From: the human T2T-CHM13v2.0 reference genome, Homo sapiens
Assembly: GCF_009914755.1 (NCBI RefSeq)
Contig: NC_060925.1
Strand: one strand, 5' to 3'
Length of the DNA stretch: 64,000 bases
Part shown: piece after piece, positions 57,761-64,000 of the stretch
Layout of the letters: the number at the start of each line of letters is the position of its first letter
How positions within the stretch are numbered: position 1 is the stretch's first letter
The notes under the pieces: model-generated
Told to the model about the DNA's origin: nothing
Database searches by the model: none
The model's input: the letters and a program-made list of their open reading frames with translations, nothing else
Made by a program: the position numbers and the translations under genes

Positions 57761-60700
57761 AAACGTATTCTGATTCATTCATTCATTCTTTCATAAACAT
57801 TCATCACTCCCCGTGTTGCAAGGACTGCGTTAGGAAATATTCTCATAACTTTATTGTTAACATAACCTTCAAGCATTAGTTTATGACTAGAAGATGCATG
57901 AGTGGCTCATGTGTAATCTGGGACATAATGACAAATATTTAGGATGTATCCTATTTCCACAGATCCCCTTATGCCCTGTATTGATATTAAGTGGTATTAA
58001 AAGTAGAGAGGGCAAAATAGACCAACTTAATATGGTGTTGCATTTTTAAATTCAGCATATTAATGCAATATACTATTGTCTCTGTGGAGTTTCATTTCAC
58101 ACGATAAAAGAACCAGGAGGCATCTGATCAATAAATAGAAAATCAAGTTATATGTTCCTGTTAGGGTGGTCTAACAAGGATTAATCTCAGAAATGTTGGT
58201 GCATGCCTAATGCTGTGGCTTTTAATCTTTTCACACAAGTGGGTCTAAAATACTTGCTATTAGCACTAATGTAAAAAAAAATTAATACTTTACATATGGC
58301 TATCCACTGTACTCAAATGAAGGGGTTAATGGTAAAACAAGCCTTTAAAGATGTAAATGATTCCTCCCATGTGGCTGCAAAATAGCTTAAGTGTTTGCCA
58401 TCTAAAATTATTAACATATAGAAACATTATTATCTCTGCAGTTAATATGCACCTCACTGAAAATCTCATGGATGCAACAATTAAGGAAGGCACCATCCTT
58501 AATGAAGTTATAAGACATATATCATTTATTAAGCAGCAAATAATATCTTTAATTTTGGCTTTAATATATCTTTAATTTTAGCTTTAATGATTATATGCAA
58601 AATGTCTTCCAAAACCTCAGGACAAATTATACCATAGCAGTTGGGCTTGTTTCTTCAATCCCTCATCCTCTATGCTGCCCCCAGTGCTGAGCAAGAGTTG
58701 TCATTTACCTGAGGCTTCCTTTCTATGAGCATGTGCTTCTCTGAAATACTGAGATAATCAAGGCCAGGACAACACTACATGGATGTTTTTTCATTAAGAG
58801 TTTATATCTAATTTTGAAATTTTCTTATTGATTATTATAGAGTTTTGAATAATCTAGAATGAATGTTATCCATCACATTTTTATTACTACCCTAAAATGC
58901 TAAATAGTAGCATAAAAATATTGAAACCAAGTTGGGCAGACATGTCTTTTCTCTCTCTTTCCCTTTCTCTCTTTCCTTTTTTCTGCCCTTCCCTTGATTC
59001 CTTCCTTCCTTCAATAAATATTTATTAAGCAGCCTTCCTGTAACAGGCATTGTTCTCTAGGCAAGTTATCTAAATTTGTTTAAATCATATACTAATTGAA
59101 TGTAAAGTCTATTTGTACAGTCAAAAGATAATTTTGGTGGTTAATAGTCAATTGAGTTTAAGTCTGGGAACCCTCTTTCCTAAGGAAAATATTTCCTTTA
59201 TCACACTCTTTGTTCAGTGTGCTCATAAAAATCAATCATAACTCTCTGAAAATGATGAGAAAAAAAGAGTGGACATGTCACTAAAATCTTTAATAAATTT
59301 TTTACTCTTCTGCATCCTCATATTTATCATCTGTTTTACATAAACTATTGGGTGGTTTCACTCACAAAAAGTCCTTAAATGCGACATCTAGAAATCTGGG
59401 GCATACTGAGTGTGCTGGTGAGACTTTCCGAAACACCTGTTTTCAACGCATGATCTGCCAATATGTGTTTAAATTTGTTCATTTGTTCAATATATATTTA
59501 CTAATTAAAATTATAAATGGAAAGAGCTAGAGCATGAATATAGCGCTTAAGTAATAAAATGAATCCTAATGTACAGATTTTTAGGCACAAAGGACATGAC
59601 AGAAATAAGATAAATAGACAACAATGGGTATGATTATGTATTAGCAAACATCAATAATTAGTAAAGGCACAAGTAGAAAGGATAATGTCATAGTGGCAGT
59701 AGCTACAGAGATCATAAAAGTAGCAGTTCTACCATGTTATTTTCCTTTGTGCATACATACAATATTATAACAGTCTTTGAATTTCCTTTACTAGCTCATC
59801 CTTTTATCTAATTATCTGGCTCACGAAGAGCCAGGGGGAGGGATGGATCTTACTTGTAATCTCAGCAATTTCTCTCATTGAGTTGATATTCAAGTAACTG
59901 AAAAATTTTATATAGCAGCTACCGTAGTTCCACACATGGTATTGGGATATGGTGATTTAAAACTTAATTAATATTTTTAAATGAGGCAAATCTTCAAAGT
60001 TTATTAAAAATTTTTTAAAGTTTTATGACAGGGTGTATCAAACAGAATCCCTACAAAAAATAAATGTCACACTTAAATTAGGATAACCCGAGATTTTATT
60101 TACTAAAGAATAATTATAAAGATATAGGTAAGGTGTTAAGGTACTACAAGAGTTAGAGACTTGAGCTAGAAGAATTAGTTTAATATCAATGTTTCTGATG
60201 AATAATTTAAATACTTTTACTCTGTGTTTTCAGTAGATCAAGTGTTGCCTTAATAGATATTATGTGAATGATATTTATAAGACTGAGTTGATTTCCCCCA
60301 CAAGTTTGACAGGATAAAATCACACATAAATACTTTTAATAAAACCATAGTAGACTAGAGATAAAAGGCATGTCAAGGACAATTAGCCCCTAGAAGGGGC
60401 TTAACAAGTCCAAAATTTTATAGCTAATTATTCACAGAGATGAGGCCTAAATCCAGTTAGCTAATTCTAAGTTCCACTTCATTTTCATTAGCAATGGAGG
60501 GAAGCATCACGACTACTCACTAATATAAATCAACTATACATCCTCCCCACCCATCAAGATGCACACTTTTCAATATGTATTTTAAAATCTTTAAGTATGA
60601 ATGTACAGGATTATTTAATGTTACAGGTTGAAGAGACATTGGATACCATGAAATATCATTGTCTCATTTTAGCACTGAGGAAACTGCAGTCTAGAAAATT

Positions 60701-61399
60701 TTACAATTCTTAGTGACTAAAATCTAGTTAACAGCAAAGTTAAGGCTTACAGATCTTCTAATTCAAAAATCAATGCTCTTTCCACAATCAAAGCCGCCTC
60801 TTTTCTCTGCCTTATTTATTCCTTAAGACTGTAGGCTTTTAAAATCCAGGGCAATATCTAGTTTTTCATATATGCCTAAAAGATCTAGCTTACTCTTAAA
60901 CTATGCAATACTATTTGAATACTAGTGCTAACTATGATTAAAGTTAGCACACATTTGGAAACTTGCATAACACTGCTAAGGTCTCTAACCATGAGTAAGA
61001 CACAATTCTTGTTTACAAAAATAAAAATTCATAAACCCATATATCCAGTTGTCCAACTGCTTACTGAACATCTTCCACTGGTTGGGCTAGTAACACAACA
61101 AATTCAAGATGTCCAAAATGCGATTCTTCATTTTCTTCTCCAAATGTTCTATTATTCACACTTTCTGTCTTTTTGAACTATGAGATGATCATTGATTCAA
61201 AATATATTCATAGAGCACTTACTATGAGCTAGACACTATGCTGGGTGTCGGGAATCTATGCTGACCAACAGTGGGGTGATTCTGACCTTCATGTAAAACA
61301 TGACAAAATAATTGGTAAGTACAAACTACATACCAGCTATGCAGATTACCAAGTAACAAACAGAACCATCCTACACAACTCCCTCTCCATCAAACTTCA

Positions 61400-62125
61400 T
61401 TTCTACAATCACCAAATCCTATTCTTTTCACTTAATAATCTTTCAAATTAATCTCCTCAGTCTCACTAATATTGCTTAGGCCCTTATCTTTTCTATCCTG
61501 GCTGACAAAAAAATAACCTCCCAAACTGATCTTCCTGCTTCTTTCCTCTCTGTTGGTATCATTCCCCATCATGCTGGCAGATAAGTTTTTCTAAAATGAA
61601 AAATTCGAGGGACTCCCCAGTGTTTCACTCCTTAGCAAGGAATATAAGGCCCTTCATTATTTGAACCTTAGTCTCATCTCCCCCAACCCCTTCAGCAATT
61701 ACACTTCATTTCTGATAAACCAATTTGAATTCTGTCCTATAGTGCACTGAATACAACATTCCCCTTCATTACCCCTGAGTTAAGATTCCCTCTGACTGGC
61801 ATGCCCTTCCTTCCCTCCTTTGCCTGGCTTCCATTTACCTTGATCCTTATGAAGCATATGATACGTTAACTCCTCTGAGAAGACTGACAGACCACTGTCA
61901 CTCCCTACCCCAAACAGAAATAGCAGATTCCTACCATGTGTTCCTCCTCTTCATTATCCTTACACCCAGGGTTTGAGTCTATTTTATTGGTATTTACACT
62001 GCACTCTAATAAATGATTTTTTTTTTTGTCTGGGAACTCTTTACGGAGTTTCTGCTTTGTTCTTCTCGGCATTCTTTCTGCCTAGGACATACTAGGTATT
62101 CAATTAATGTTAGTCTAATGAAGGA
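61400..62125 (+). mobile_element. L2 fragment
   Basis: AAGGCCCTTCAT, GCATGCCCTTCC, TGCCTAGGACATACTAGGTATTCAATTAATGTT..AATGAAGGAATG. Confidence 0.6.
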
Positions 62126-62757
62126 ATGGTAAATTCAGTTTTCATTTGTTCATTTTTTATTTATTGTCACACTTTTCTCAGCATCATAAAAGAAAGGTTC
62201 CACACATAAGTGAGTAAATCATCCCTTTCTTTTTAAATATCCAAGGATCAAAATGTAATTTAGGATAATGAGATTGAAAATTATTCCAAGTCAAGAATAA
62301 AATTCTTATTCAAAATATTATCTTTTTGAGACAGATAGGATTACATTAAAAGACCAGAGAGACCACACGGAGATGCTGGATACTTACCTATTGTTCACTT
62401 AATTATTCATGCAAACTACTTGGATGTTTTACTAAAACCAAGATTTGCAAGCATATTAATATTATAAACCCAAGAATCACAAATATTAAAAACCGTCTCT
62501 AACCATGTAGCTCAAATTACTTAAGTGCTTAGATAACCGTGATAACACAAAAAATAGAGACCTAGTTCATACAAAAAAGAAGAAATATATATCCTAGGTG
62601 AATGACTTGTACAATATGAAACACAGCAATTATAATTTTTAATTTCAATTGTTTATGTTATGTACAAAAAGAAAACTTGAAGAATGAATATTTCACTATT
62701 GCATTAAAATTCCTAAGATTATTAGAGTAGTGATTTCTCCTAAAATTAAGGCTATGA

Positions 62758-62970
<213 letters not shown>

Positions 62971-63592
62971 AAAATTCTCTTTCTTTCTTTTGTAAATGAT
63001 CCAAGGATCTAATTCCCACATATTCAGATGGGGCATAAGTATGAAGAAAACACACATACAAACACCTACGCATACACACACACAAACACACAGTTCGTGT
63101 CTACAACCTCCAAACGTTCTTTATCAGAACCACAAGACTGTTCTAAAATGTCTATACAAAAACACTCAACTATCCATGCCTAAATAAAGGTAATTGGCTA
63201 GGGACTACTGATTTCAGGCAAATATATTTTTACAAGAGTTACAAAACACTAAGCAACAGTGGCTGTGTCAGACTAGTCAGCCTGTCCTACTCATATTTGT
63301 AAGTTAGTAATTTAAAAAGCTATTTGGCTTAAATAAAATTATATTTACATTGGAATTCTTAGAACTTTAGCTTTGCTGGATCTTTGGCTTCTGGTGGTCT
63401 CTAGGTCCAGTGAAAAACACCAACATTGAGAGTAAGTTCAGGGTGAGGATAAAACATCTCCTATGAACTAGGGATACCTACAAAATATTTGCAGGGAGAT
63501 TCTATCTCTGAGAGAGGTGCTGTGGAGGGGTTGGGGGTGTCTGCTGACAGGCACTAGGTGGAGTGCATACCTGGGAAACAAGACTTGTCAAA

Positions 63593-63735
63593 TCATTGCT
63601 ACCAAGCAAGGTCTGCACATCTGCAGCATCAGCACCATGTGAGAAATGCAGAAACTCAGACTCCACCCCTCTGAGTCAGAGATGGATGCACATCTCCAGG
63701 TGATTCCTACACGCATTAAAGTTTAAGAACTATTA
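63593..63735. mobile_element. MER5A1-like relic
   Basis: GCAGCATCAGCA..AGAAATGCAGAA..CCAGGTGATTC..CATTAAAGTTTAAGAAC. Confidence 0.65.
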
Positions 63736-64000
63736 AACCATGAGTTATCACCTCGAAATAAGGAGAAACTTTTATGAAAAGAAGGAAAAAGTCTCAAGCT
63801 GCCTTCTCTTTTAAAACTCTCTCAGTTTGCCACTTGGGTCCCCAAAATGTAAGTCATACCAGGGTCAGATCTGCTGTAGGTCTGATAACTATATAAGAAA
63901 CCAAATGGGCAAGTATGTAGAGAAATAATTTTTATATGGTACAGTAGACCCCTTTAAGTGTTGTCACCTGAAAGGTATAAAAATCATTGCCCTGCCTTGC

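Overview
Human (primate) genomic DNA from inside DPYD (dihydropyrimidine dehydrogenase, 1p21.3), transcribed on the minus strand. The window holds coding exons 9 (40936-41043), 10 (39095-39264) and 11 (19635-19845), all with canonical AG/GT borders, plus parts of introns 8 and 11 and all of introns 9 and 10. The 44-nt HapB3 pseudoexon (c.1129-5967_1129-5924) sits at 25769-25812, and this sequence carries the wild-type C at c.1129-5923. The rest is AT-rich intron with Alu, L1, L2, MIR, LTR and hAT relics and a full-length processed RPL26 pseudogene (31707-32233, + strand) that the ORF track misses. Structure the gene model does not explain: (1) two local inverted duplications (150 bp at ~96% bracketing the RPL26 pseudogene; 77 bp at ~88% in an L2); (2) three 5'-inverted, twin-priming-type retroinsertions, namely a 1.2-kb L1, a ~110-bp L1 whose inverted piece comes from nearly the same L1 position, and an AluSc; (3) an L1PA2 inserted into the target site of an older Alu; (4) an inverted pair of MER31-type LTR fragments. 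There is no evidence for a new protein-coding gene or a prokaryote-type system. Repeat subfamily names come from recalled consensus sequences, and boundaries of old repeats are approximate.
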